Assembly (NCBI GenBank): GCA_965214095.1
Contig: OZ243938.1
Location: 3,200,001-3,264,000 of the forward strand
Origin: Candidatus Poribacteria bacterium
GTDB taxonomy: Bacteria; Poribacteria; WGA-4E; WGA-3G
Length of the DNA: 64,000 nt
Reading direction: 5' to 3'
This document shows positions 19,938 to 29,045 of this stretch, one piece after another (the stretch's first letter is position 1; each line of letters starts with the position of its first letter). The position numbers and the translations under genes were made by a program. Under the pieces are notes generated by a model. The model did no database searches. It saw only the letters and a program-made list of their open reading frames with translations, and had not been told where the DNA came from.

Positions 19938-20000
19938 ATATCAAATCTGTCCAAGTAATTCTAAAATCTACTATACTGGTCCTTTCTCTTGTTGACTTTA

Positions 20001-21635
20001 TCATGAAATATCAGCATCTCTGGCAAAATCGCTTAGCACAGAAGGTGTCGCCGTATCAAAACCAATAAAATCTAACATACCAGCATCATTCGGGTCAGCA
20101 ATAGAGAATTTATTTGCTACCATCGCAACAACAGCACATTTCGCGGGTCTTCCCATTTCTTGCCGATACATATCCAACGCGGTTTTCGGATGAATGTCAC
20201 CAAACCACGTTTGGTTGTCTGTATAGATAATGAATGTATCCACCTCAAGTTTATTTTCTAATGCATATAGCATTGGTAATGCGCAATCCGTTGCCCCCAT
20301 CGGTATGCCTGAAACTGCCTCAACAGCACTTGTCAACTTATCTGATGCTGATATTGGCAGCGGAACAAAATCATCAGAAAAACCAAAGATGTGGTAATGC
20401 GGTTCTGTCCGAGCAGTCACCAATGCCATCGCAGCAGAAGCATTACGCGGGGTTAGTCCCTTACATCCAGCAACTGTTCCAAACCCCATTGAACCAGAAA
20501 CATCAAGTGCCAAAAGTGTATTCTTCTCACTCGGTTCAACGTTATCAAATGCCATGTAAAAAGCAGCGTCCAAGGCATCAACAATCTGCGGAACAGGTTC
20601 CCACGTCAAACTCCCTCTGACTCCCGCACCAGACCTGTATGTAATTAATGCCATTAGAATCTGGATAGGATGTACGAGCGAACGTTTGATTGCATCCGAT
20701 GTAAGTCTTTCCAACACTGTTTCTACCGATGGTGCAAAAGGTTTAAGCAATCCCACTTGTGTCATCTTACCGAGATTTCGCACAGTTGCCATCACAGGCA
20801 TGTTGGCTAACAAAGCAGCCCAGACATCAATCTCATCCTTCCATTCATTCGGGACCATCTCGTGTGTTAATTGATGCTTTTCAATCAGTCTGATTATATC
20901 TACGCGTTTCTGCGTCCGTTTCAGTTCCTCATACCCAGTAAGCAATTCTGGCAAAGCATCCGTTGCATCGTAAGTTGTAGATATCTGCGTGCCATCATCT
21001 CTTGTCCGATGCACAGTCCGATCATCAGTATCAAGTCCTTTAATCCAACGATAGATACCTCGGTTTTCACCGTAGTGGCATTTTGCGAGAACATCGGCAT
21101 GCCGCCAACTGTTCCGAAACTGATACTTTAATACCTGATATGCCAATGCATCATCATTTTTCGTCCGATACCATTCACCAACTAACCGTCGTAATGCCCG
21201 ACCCCATCCACGCATGCCGTCTACAAAAGCAACGAAATTGAATAGGTGTGTTCCGATACGCGCAACATCACAGAATACCTCTTGCACCTTGCGCTTTGTG
21301 TCAGCGTTTCCGTGGGTAAAAGCAAGTGCCAATGCATATAATGCAGGATCGTTTTTCGGGGCGCGACCGGTAACAGAAATCTCCCGAATCCGTTCTACAA
21401 CCTGGACACCGTCTTCTGCAATACATTTCTTAACAGAATCGACATTTTCCTTAGTCAAATCCTGTTCCTTCGCGTAATAAGATCCACCTTCAGTTCCCAA
21501 AATGAGAAATCTATCAAGATTTGTCCAAATAGAAACAGGATAAACGTACCCACCAGCAGAATTCTCAACCTGCTTTTCGTCTAAAGGTTGTCGTTGATGT
21601 GGATGTAGAGGTGAATATTTATTTAGATAACTCAT
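20001..21635 (-). CDS. rsr: Ro60/Rsr TROVE + vWA domain RNA-binding protein (544 aa)
   Basis: 'NSAGGYV', 'RFLILGTEGGSYY', 'GWGRALRR', 'KYQFRNSWRHAD', MIDAS 'DVSGSM', 'TDCALPM', 'GFD'. Start is ATG 21635; the track extension runs through a Y RNA. Confidence 0.95.
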   Translation of the reverse strand: MSYLNKYSPLHPHQRQPLDEKQVENSAGGYVYPVSIWTNLDRFLILGTEGGSYYAKEQDLTKENVDSVKKCIAEDGVQVVERIREISVTGRAPKNDPALYALALAFTHGNADTKRKVQEVFCDVARIGTHLFNFVAFVDGMRGWGRALRRLVGEWYRTKNDDALAYQVLKYQFRNSWRHADVLAKCHYGENRGIYRWIKGLDTDDRTVHRTRDDGTQISTTYDATDALPELLTGYEELKRTQKRVDIIRLIEKHQLTHEMVPNEWKDEIDVWAALLANMPVMATVRNLGKMTQVGLLKPFAPSVETVLERLTSDAIKRSLVHPIQILMALITYRSGAGVRGSLTWEPVPQIVDALDAAFYMAFDNVEPSEKNTLLALDVSGSMGFGTVAGCKGLTPRNASAAMALVTARTEPHYHIFGFSDDFVPLPISASDKLTSAVEAVSGIPMGATDCALPMLYALENKLEVDTFIIYTDNQTWFGDIHPKTALDMYRQEMGRPAKCAVVAMVANKFSIADPNDAGMLDFIGFDTATPSVLSDFARDADIS

Positions 21636-21650
21636 GATTTTTATGATATG

Positions 21651-21705
21651 GCGGGCAAGGAGTGTATTGCGGTAGTTTTCAAGATAACGCAATACTTCGG
21701 CCCGC
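21651..21705 (-). ncRNA. Minimal Y RNA (55 nt)
   Basis: 5'-GCGGGCCGAAGUAUUGCGUUAUC...CGCAAUACACUCCUUGCCCGC-3': paired ends, bulged Ro-binding helix (GGCCGA/CUUGCC), second helix GUAUUGCG/CGCAAUAC; adjacent to rsr. Confidence 0.8.
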
Positions 21706-21714
21706 ACAAAGAAT

Positions 21715-21852
21715 GCTCCGGATAAGGATCAGAGTCCGTTTGATATGCTCTACCATCTGAGCTATAGTTAGCCTATGCGTAACACAAACTTACTAACAGG
21801 ACTCGAACCTGTGACCACATCATTACAATAACAAACTCACTCGACCCGGAGC
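21715..21852 (-). ncRNA. yrlA: YrlA-type Y RNA with permuted tRNA-like domain
   Basis: Ends GCUCCGGGUCGAG...CUUAUCCGGAGC pair. T-arm ACAGG-UUCGAGU-CCUGU comes first, then a closed acceptor-like stem, then D-arm UAGCUCAGAUGGUAGAGC. Confidence 0.88.
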
Positions 21853-21882
21853 CGCGTAAGATTATATCTATTTTCACAAAGC

Positions 21883-21961
21883 AGCGGACAAGGTGTGTAT
21901 TACTATAGGCGCATTTTACTGCGACGCTAACGTATAGGGTAAAGTAATACTTCAGTCCGCT
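21883..21961 (-). ncRNA. Short Y RNA (79 nt)
   Basis: 5'-AGCGGACUGAAGUAUUACU...AGUAAUACACACCUUGUCCGCU-3'; same scaffold as 21651-21705 with compensatory changes. Confidence 0.8.
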
Positions 21962-21968
21962 AAAGACA

Positions 21969-22092
21969 ACTCTGGATAAAAATCAGAATACTATGCTCTA
22001 CCGCTGAGCTACAGTAAGTTTCACATTACATTCCACCTACCGGCAGGAGTCGAACCTGCGACATAGGATAACGCATCCACTCGACCCAGAGC
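21969..22092 (-). ncRNA. yrlA: Second YrlA-type Y RNA
   Basis: Ends GCUCUGGGUCGAG...UUUAUCCAGAGU; T-arm GCAGG-UUCGACU-CCUGC; stem CGGUAGGU/ACUUACUG; D-arm UAGCUCAGCGGUAGAGC. Confidence 0.88.
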
Positions 22093-22161
22093 AAGATGTT
22101 TACGACTACAGATATCTGCTGAAACGACTCAAGCAAGATATCTATTTCGTGTGTGGAAGAT

Positions 22162-22191
22162 ATTATATCATCTTCCTTGCATATATTGCAA
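22162..22191 (-). promoter_or_regulatory. Sigma70-type promoter for the Y RNA-rsr operon
   Basis: Minus strand TTGCAA-N18-TATAAT with extended TG; palindrome GGAAGAT-N8-ATCTTCC (22155-22176) overlaps the -10. Confidence 0.6.
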
Positions 22192-22222
22192 ATTGAAATT
22201 AATGTGCAACCAAAACCCATAC

Positions 22223-22251
22223 TTGCCAAAATCTTCTTTTTCAACTACAAT
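22223..22251 (+). promoter_or_regulatory. Sigma70-type promoter, probably leaderless transcript
   Basis: TTGCCA-N17-TACAAT, 6 nt before GTG 22258. Confidence 0.6.
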
Positions 22252-22257
22252 ATAACC

Positions 22258-23280
22258 GTGTATACATTAGTACCCCTCACACCTCAAAATCTCGACGATT
22301 GGGATTCCATCACCCAGCAATGTGCAAACGCCACCGTCTTCCATAGCATTGAATGGTGTGACGCACTTGCAGACTCCTTCAAGCAGTTGGATCCCGTCTA
22401 TCTGCTAATCAAACAAGATGAGAAGGTAATTGGTGGATTACCTGCTTTCGTCTTTCAACCGATACCGGGAATTTGCATGTGGAACTCAATGCCGTGGAAT
22501 CTGTTTGGAGGACCGCAAATCATAGATTCAGAACAAGTCAATCCAAAAGATATAATCTCAACTATTGAGACCTACCTTGAAACGGCATCAAAAGAGCAAG
22601 GGTGGTGCGAACTTAACTGGACACTTTCACCCACAGATAGCATAAAGTCCGGTGATTGTCTAACAGAATACAAGTATGAACGAACTGAAAGGTTCACGCA
22701 TATCTTGAAAACCAACGCAGATATTGATACTCTTTGGAATGCATACAATAAAAGGGTGCGAGGTGCAGTCCGTAAGGCACAAAAATCGGGTGTAGAAGTG
22801 ATAAATTCAGATACGGACGAAGATTTATCCACATTCTATGACATGTATCTCATGACTGTCAAACGTTTAGGTGGAACTCCGAAACCACGTAGACTTATGA
22901 AGATTCTTCTGCAACAAGATATTGCCAAACTTGCTATTGCCAAGTATAACAACACTACCATCGCTGGATTGCTTTATCTATATTACAACCGCACCGTTAC
23001 TTTATGGTGTGAGGCATCATTACCAGAATACTTACAATACCGTCCGAATAATGCTATTTTTCACCACATCATAACTTGGGCCTGTGAACATGGATATGAA
23101 TGGGTAGACTTCGGCGCATCTCCTCCAGAAAACGAGGGTTTGATTGCACACAAGGAACAGTATCGTGCCAAACGCACTGATTTCTGTAGTTATACAAAAA
23201 CAGTCTCACGATTCAAAAAATCGTTGTGGACACGTAGTGAGAATACGCTTCGGAAAATCTATACATACCTACAAAAATGA
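22258..23280 (+). CDS. FemAB-like GNAT family protein
   Basis: 'ATVFHS..W', 'RGAVRKAQKSGV', 'RPNNAIF', 'WVDFGAS', 'GLIAHKEQY'. Confidence 0.8.
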   Translation: MYTLVPLTPQNLDDWDSITQQCANATVFHSIEWCDALADSFKQLDPVYLLIKQDEKVIGGLPAFVFQPIPGICMWNSMPWNLFGGPQIIDSEQVNPKDIISTIETYLETASKEQGWCELNWTLSPTDSIKSGDCLTEYKYERTERFTHILKTNADIDTLWNAYNKRVRGAVRKAQKSGVEVINSDTDEDLSTFYDMYLMTVKRLGGTPKPRRLMKILLQQDIAKLAIAKYNNTTIAGLLYLYYNRTVTLWCEASLPEYLQYRPNNAIFHHIITWACEHGYEWVDFGASPPENEGLIAHKEQYRAKRTDFCSYTKTVSRFKKSLWTRSENTLRKIYTYLQK

Positions 23281-23295
23281 AAAACAGGAGAAACA

Positions 23296-24648
23296 ATGGA
23301 ACGAAAACCAAATCTAATATTCATTTTCGGTGACCAACACCGTCAATGTGATGTCGGATGTGCAGGTAACCCGCAAGTAAAAACGCCATACATGGATAAA
23401 CTTGCCGAAGAAGGTATGTTCTTTCCAAACACCTTCACCAACGTCCCGATATGTGTTCCCGCGCGCGGATGCCTGCTGACAGGCAAGCACCCGTTAAGCC
23501 ACAAAGCCGTATCCAACGATTTACCACTTCCGTTGACCGAAACAGGCATCGCGCAAGTCTTCAAAGACGATGGATATGAAACAGGATATATCGGCAAGTG
23601 GCACCTCGGTGGCCAGCCGAGAGATAAGTTCATTACACCGGAAATGCGGTTCGGATTCGATCACTGGATCGGGTGGAATTGTCATCATAACTATTTCAAT
23701 GCACCCTATCACGACTCCAATGGTAACAAATTCCAGATTGATGGATACGAACCAGATTTTCAAACTGATCAGTCAATTCAATACTGCCGCGACCATGCAG
23801 ATGAACCTTTCTGTCTCTATGTTAGTTGGGGACCTCCACACAACCCTTATGAACACGTGCCAGATAAGTATAAAGAGATGTATCCACCAGATGAGATACA
23901 ACTCCGTCCAAATGCTGTGGACACACCCGCTTACCGTAAGGACATCTCTGGATACTACGCACACATCACTGCATTAGATGAAAACCTTGGACGTTTAATG
24001 GACGCACTTGACGAAATCGGAATTGCCGAAGACACCATTCTTGTCTACACATCCGACCATGGTGATATGCTCGGAAGCCACGGACACAACAGAAAAGAAC
24101 GTCCTTGGGATGAATCCAGTCGCATCCCTTTCATGATCCGGTATCCTCGCAAAATTCCTGCAGGAGTTACCCGTGATACCTTATTAAGCCTTGTTGATTT
24201 CATGCCATCCATGTTATCTCTGTGCGATTTGCCAATTCCAGATGGAGTTGAAGGCATTGATTTGTCTGACGCGATGCTCGGTAAGACTATTGACGAACCG
24301 CAATCTGTGCTACTTGAACTCCCATTGCACGGCGGTGAAGGATTCAATTTCGGTCTCACAGAATGGCGTGGTGTTCGAACACATCGTCATACTTATGCTC
24401 GTCACTACGATGGAACAGGTTGGCTCCTCTACGACAACGATAACGACCCGTACCAAATGAATAATCTGATTGACGATCCCAATTCACAAGAACTGCGGGA
24501 AGAATTAGAAACAGAACTTCAACAGTGGTTAACCCGAATTAACGACCCATGCATCGCTGGCTTAGACCACATCCGACAACTCGGTTTAACAGAATTGTGG
24601 AACATCAGTGAACAACGATTTGGTGGAAGAAATCCGCGTTGGGCATAA
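23296..24648 (+). CDS. Formylglycine-dependent sulfatase
   Basis: 'CVPARGCLLTG' (CxPxR), 'GKWHLG', 'SDHG'; SD AGGAG. Confidence 0.93.
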   Translation: MERKPNLIFIFGDQHRQCDVGCAGNPQVKTPYMDKLAEEGMFFPNTFTNVPICVPARGCLLTGKHPLSHKAVSNDLPLPLTETGIAQVFKDDGYETGYIGKWHLGGQPRDKFITPEMRFGFDHWIGWNCHHNYFNAPYHDSNGNKFQIDGYEPDFQTDQSIQYCRDHADEPFCLYVSWGPPHNPYEHVPDKYKEMYPPDEIQLRPNAVDTPAYRKDISGYYAHITALDENLGRLMDALDEIGIAEDTILVYTSDHGDMLGSHGHNRKERPWDESSRIPFMIRYPRKIPAGVTRDTLLSLVDFMPSMLSLCDLPIPDGVEGIDLSDAMLGKTIDEPQSVLLELPLHGGEGFNFGLTEWRGVRTHRHTYARHYDGTGWLLYDNDNDPYQMNNLIDDPNSQELREELETELQQWLTRINDPCIAGLDHIRQLGLTELWNISEQRFGGRNPRWA

Positions 24649-24658
24649 AGGACAAAAT

Positions 24659-26056
24659 ATGGCAAAACGGGTTATGATAATCGGATGGGATTGTGCCGCT
24701 CCCGAATTGGTCTTTGATGCATTCAAAGACGACATGCCCAACACGCACGGCTTGATGCAAGCCGGCATCTATGGACAATTGGAAAGCACAATACCGCCTA
24801 TCACTGTCCCCGCGTGGATGTGCATGATGACAAGCCGTGATCCGGGTGAACTCGGTATCTACGGCTTTCGCAACCGTTCAGATTATACTTATGATGCACT
24901 CTCCATTGCCAACGCACACACTATCAAAGTACCAACACTCTGGGAACTGCTTGGTCAAGCACAGAAACGTTCTGTCGTCTTAGGCGTGCCACTCACCTAT
25001 CCCGCTAAGCCGTTTTCAGGTTGGATGGTCACCAGTTTTCTCACACCAGTTAATCCCAATTCTCCTTTGACAGACAGAAACCTGCAGTGGACATTTCCAC
25101 CAAGATTAACTCGTGAAATTGAACAAGTATCACCTGACTACATGATTGATATTCCAGATTTTCGTACAGACAAACGTGCTGAATTGGAGAAGCAACTCCT
25201 TAAAATGACACGCGCCCGTTTCAAATTCGCTCGTTATCTTCTTGAGAAAAAACAGTGGGATTTCTTTATGATGGTTGAGATGGGTTCTGACAGGCTGCAT
25301 CACGCTTTCTGGAGATATTGGGATCAAACACATCGCAAGTATGAACCGAATTCACCTTTTGCGGACACAATACGAAACTACTATCGCACGCTTGATGACG
25401 AACTCGGAGAGTTGTTGTCACTTGTTGATGATAACACGACCATCATGATCGTATCCGACCACGGTGCTAAGAGGATGGACGGTGGTATCTGCATCAATGA
25501 ATGGTTGCAGAAACACGGTTATCTCACGCTTAAAACCGAACCACAAGGTATTACCCGTTTTACATCAGACATGGTAGATTGGCAACGAACAAAAGCATGG
25601 GGTGAAGGCGGGTACTATGGCCGCATCTTTATCAACGTCGTCGGTAGAGAACCGCACGGTATTGTTGAGCAACAGGATTACGAAAACGTCCGTGATGAAT
25701 TAAAGACGCAGCTTGAAGCAATCGTTGACGAATCTGGACAGAATATCAATACCCGCGTATTCAAACCAGAAGAGGTATATCACAAGTGCAATAACATCCC
25801 ACCTGACCTTATCGCCTACTTCGGGGATCTCTATTGGCGTTCAGTTGGTAGTGTTGGATACAACAGCATCTATACCTACGAAAACGACACCGGTCCTGAC
25901 GATTGCAACCATGCAGAGATGGGAATGTTTATCCTCAAGAACGGTATACATACCGATGGACATGTGTCAACAAAAAGCATATACGACATTGCCCCCACTG
26001 TGCTCAAAGAATTCGATCTTGACATCCCAGATGCAATGCAGGGTAAACCGATTTAG
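24659..26056 (+). CDS. Alkaline phosphatase superfamily nucleotide pyrophosphatase/phosphodiesterase
   Basis: 'IIGWDCA', 'STIPPITVPAW', 'DRLHH', 'SDHG', 'DDCNH'; SD AAGGA before ATG 24659. Confidence 0.85.
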   Translation: MAKRVMIIGWDCAAPELVFDAFKDDMPNTHGLMQAGIYGQLESTIPPITVPAWMCMMTSRDPGELGIYGFRNRSDYTYDALSIANAHTIKVPTLWELLGQAQKRSVVLGVPLTYPAKPFSGWMVTSFLTPVNPNSPLTDRNLQWTFPPRLTREIEQVSPDYMIDIPDFRTDKRAELEKQLLKMTRARFKFARYLLEKKQWDFFMMVEMGSDRLHHAFWRYWDQTHRKYEPNSPFADTIRNYYRTLDDELGELLSLVDDNTTIMIVSDHGAKRMDGGICINEWLQKHGYLTLKTEPQGITRFTSDMVDWQRTKAWGEGGYYGRIFINVVGREPHGIVEQQDYENVRDELKTQLEAIVDESGQNINTRVFKPEEVYHKCNNIPPDLIAYFGDLYWRSVGSVGYNSIYTYENDTGPDDCNHAEMGMFILKNGIHTDGHVSTKSIYDIAPTVLKEFDLDIPDAMQGKPI

Positions 26057-26200
26057 AGGAAGAACCATGTGATTGTAGCGTGAAGGAATTGTTGGAGGGT
26101 TTCCAACCCCGATTTCCGCGAATTTCTATTGTTGGAAAAGATTGATTTTATCAAAATCAAGTGATAAAATATGTAACAAGAAGTATAGGTAGGTAGTCGT

Positions 26201-27799
26201 ATGAAAACCTTTGAAACTCAAGGTCCTGTATCACCTGATCGAAACTATGTCGTTAGTCGTGGCAGCGAACTTTCTGAATTCGTCAACCGTGTCAAACAGG
26301 GAAGGTATATCGTTATCTTTGCCCCGCGACAAACTGGTAAAACTACTTTTTTTCGATGGGCACTTGATGCACTCAGAGACGAAGAAGATGTATATTTTCC
26401 AATTCAACTGGATTTTGAGGAATATAAAAACGTCGGTCTCTCTGACTTTTACAGTTACATTTACCAAGATATTCGTAAGGAAATTAAGAATGTCCTGCAA
26501 AAACGTGATATAGTCTCTTCTGATCCTCTATTTCAATTTCTGGAGAACACAAATGTTACTAATCACGTTTCATTGAGACATTTTTTTGAAAAATTCGCAG
26601 ACTTATTAGACGATCAACGCATTATTATCATCATTGATGAGTTTGATGGAATCCCACAAGAGGCAGTGTCTGATTTTCTTCACTCATTACGTCGTATCTA
26701 CCTATCTGATCCTGAAAAACGGTCTCCTTATAGTCTTGGAATTGTTGGAGTGAAAAGTATTACACAACTCAACTATGATCGCTCCATCTCGCCTTTCAAC
26801 ATACAAGACGAATTTGCCTTGCCAAACTTCACACTTGAACAAGTACGTGAACTCTTCAAACAATACACAGATGAAGTCGGACAAGCTATCATGCCTGAAG
26901 TTATTGAGACACTTCACAAACAAACTGCAGGTCAACCGTTTCTTGTCAACAGATTGGCACAAATCCTGACTGATGAACTAAATATCTCAAAATCCGAAAT
27001 ACTTAGAATGGAGCACTTCACACAAGCACACACACGACTGCTGCGGGAACGGAATACTAACATAGACCATCTTATTACCAATATCCGAAGGAACCCACGT
27101 TTTAAAGACATCCTGATGAGAATTGCTTCTTATGAGAAAGGGGTTGGCTTCAACCTGGACAATGTACTAATAGATGAACTCACTACTTTTGGAATTATCG
27201 CAGAAGGTTCAGATGGAATATGTGAGATTGTAAACCCCATATACCATCACCGAATTATGCAAGCGTTTCAACCCCCAATAAATGGATTAGAAAATGAATA
27301 TTTTTCCGATGATACCTCCGCTAATTTTCTAGATTACCTGACACCTGATGGGAACATTCAGATGCAACCGCTTCTGGAGAATTTTCAGAATTTTATTTCT
27401 CGCGCTGGATATCGCATCCTGCAAGTGCCGCAGACTCCACAAGAATTCGTTGGTCAACATCTTCTCTTTGCATATCTCGATCAGTTTGTCCGATTGGTAC
27501 GCGGCACTATGTATCTTGAAGTCCAAACAGGACGCGGACGAATAGACCTACTCATTCTTCTCAATCAGCGAAAATATATTGTTGAAACTAAAATTTGGGA
27601 AGGAGATAGCCTCTATCAATCGGGGAAAAAGCAACTCGCAAAGTATCTAAAATCGGAGGAGGTAGCAGAAGGTTATTATATCGTGTTTGACCACCGTAAA
27701 GAACCAGTTAGGCTGGTAGAGACAGAAACTCATGAAGGTTATACAATTCACAGTTATGTCATTCCTGTTATACAAGAAATACCTTCTCAGACACAATAA
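26201..27799 (+). CDS. AAA-like ATPase with C-terminal PD-(D/E)XK nuclease-like domain
   Basis: Walker A 'APRQTGKT', Walker B 'IIIIDEFD', 'SPFNI', 'TAGQPFL', C-terminal 'EVQTGRGRIDL...VETK'. Confidence 0.8.
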   Translation: MKTFETQGPVSPDRNYVVSRGSELSEFVNRVKQGRYIVIFAPRQTGKTTFFRWALDALRDEEDVYFPIQLDFEEYKNVGLSDFYSYIYQDIRKEIKNVLQKRDIVSSDPLFQFLENTNVTNHVSLRHFFEKFADLLDDQRIIIIIDEFDGIPQEAVSDFLHSLRRIYLSDPEKRSPYSLGIVGVKSITQLNYDRSISPFNIQDEFALPNFTLEQVRELFKQYTDEVGQAIMPEVIETLHKQTAGQPFLVNRLAQILTDELNISKSEILRMEHFTQAHTRLLRERNTNIDHLITNIRRNPRFKDILMRIASYEKGVGFNLDNVLIDELTTFGIIAEGSDGICEIVNPIYHHRIMQAFQPPINGLENEYFSDDTSANFLDYLTPDGNIQMQPLLENFQNFISRAGYRILQVPQTPQEFVGQHLLFAYLDQFVRLVRGTMYLEVQTGRGRIDLLILLNQRKYIVETKIWEGDSLYQSGKKQLAKYLKSEEVAEGYYIVFDHRKEPVRLVETETHEGYTIHSYVIPVIQEIPSQTQ

Positions 27800-27812
27800 A
27801 TCTTCTTGTAAT

Positions 27813-28742
27813 TCAAACATCCGACTCAGAAAAGACAGTTACAGCTTTAACAATAGACTCGGCAACTACATCCGCAGCAAGAATACCGATACTATTCACA
27901 CTACTGTCTGCATGTGCACCCGTAGCAAGCGTAAACAACGTATCTCCATCAAACATCGTATGTGATGGACGTATTGCACGTGCCATGCCATCGTGTGCCG
28001 TCTCCGAAACCCGTGTCGCTTCCGCAACAGAAAGCACAGCATTTGTAGCGACAACACCAATAGTTGTGTTTGTACCGGGAACGATATTCGCATCCAAAAG
28101 ACGTTCCGCGATATCAACGAAACTACCGTCTGTTTTTCCACCAGCAACAATTTCACCTGTAGCAGGATCAACAACGTTACCAAGCGCATTCACAACCGTA
28201 ATAGCTGCAACAATCAACCCGTTTTCCAGATGTCTACACGCAGAACCGACACCTCCAGCAGAAGGCGTAACACTTGGTGCTTTGCCGACAGTCGCACCTG
28301 TTCCCGCACCGATAGTACCCATCGCAACAGGAGCATCGGAGGAATCAACACATGCATCATATCCCATTTGTCTGTCGGGACGCACCTGAGCGTCACCAAC
28401 ATGCAAGTCAAAAATGACTGCAGCAGGAACAATCGGCACACGAACTGAACCAGCGGGGAAACCAACGCCCTTCTCTTCAAGGTATTGCACAACACCCCCT
28501 GCAGCGTCTAACCCGAAAGCACTACCACCTGTTAGGAGAATAGCGTGTGCTTTTTGAATTAAGCGTCCGGGACGTATTGATTCTGTCTCGCGTGTCCCAG
28601 GGGCAGCACCACGCACATCAACGCCAGCTGTTGCACCTTCTGGACAGATGACAACGGTACAACCTGTCCGAGCATCTGTATCAGTGGCATGTCCGACCTG
28701 TATTCCATCAATCGCTGTAAGTGTCTGATTTGTCATTGTCAT
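27813..28742 (-). CDS. P1/DmpA-family peptidase
   Basis: 'GVDVRGAAPGTRET', 'GGSAFGL', 'VPIVPAAVIFD', 'NTTIGVVATNA', 'HTMFDGD'. Confidence 0.88.
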   Translation of the reverse strand: MTMTNQTLTAIDGIQVGHATDTDARTGCTVVICPEGATAGVDVRGAAPGTRETESIRPGRLIQKAHAILLTGGSAFGLDAAGGVVQYLEEKGVGFPAGSVRVPIVPAAVIFDLHVGDAQVRPDRQMGYDACVDSSDAPVAMGTIGAGTGATVGKAPSVTPSAGGVGSACRHLENGLIVAAITVVNALGNVVDPATGEIVAGGKTDGSFVDIAERLLDANIVPGTNTTIGVVATNAVLSVAEATRVSETAHDGMARAIRPSHTMFDGDTLFTLATGAHADSSVNSIGILAADVVAESIVKAVTVFSESDV

Positions 28743-28794
28743 ACATCAACTATAACGGATTCATAGATTATCTGCAAGTGATATTGTATTCAGC

Positions 28795-28917
28795 CAGGAT
28801 CATTTATGGTGAAGCATAAAATTATATCTACACTTTACATCAACGGTAGGCGAGGTTTCCTAACCTCGCATCAGCAATGTGTAGAATTAATTTAATAATT
28901 TACTATAAATAATCCTG
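28795..28917. mobile_element. Degenerate MITE (CAGG...-type TIRs) containing one family-1 REP
   Basis: CAGGATCATTTATGGTGAA ... TTTACTATAAATAATCCTG; internal GTAG-GCGAGGTT-TCCT-AACCTCGC with compensatory changes; no TSD seen. Confidence 0.55.
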
Positions 28918-28966
28918 TGCAAATTGGATTTTATTTGCACCGAATTGGAAATTTATTGTAAAATCA

Positions 28967-28994
28967 TGCACCCGTTTTGCCGTTCCACGCGTCA
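28967..28994 (+). promoter_or_regulatory. ECF-type promoter of array gene 1 (TGCACCC-N16-CGTCA)
   Basis: Motif recurs before all nine intact sigma genes. Confidence 0.7.
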
Positions 28995-29045
28995 CTAATG
29001 GTTGAGAAGAAAAATCCGATAGATTCTTTTTTATGGAGGAATCCA

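Noticed and set aside
21636-21707. N-terminal extension of Ro60 in the ORF track
   Set aside because: It runs through the 55-nt Y RNA; ATG 21635 fits the family N-terminus.
21715-22092. Two tRNA genes (GGTTCGA T-loops and TAGCTCAG..GGTAGAGC D-arms)
   Set aside because: Arms are in reversed order with no anticodon arm or CCA end, and are enclosed by a Ro-binding stem; they fit YrlA RNAs.
22195-22230. Sigma54 promoter for rsr (TGGCA...TTGC on the minus strand)
   Set aside because: GG-to-GC spacing does not match -24/-12.
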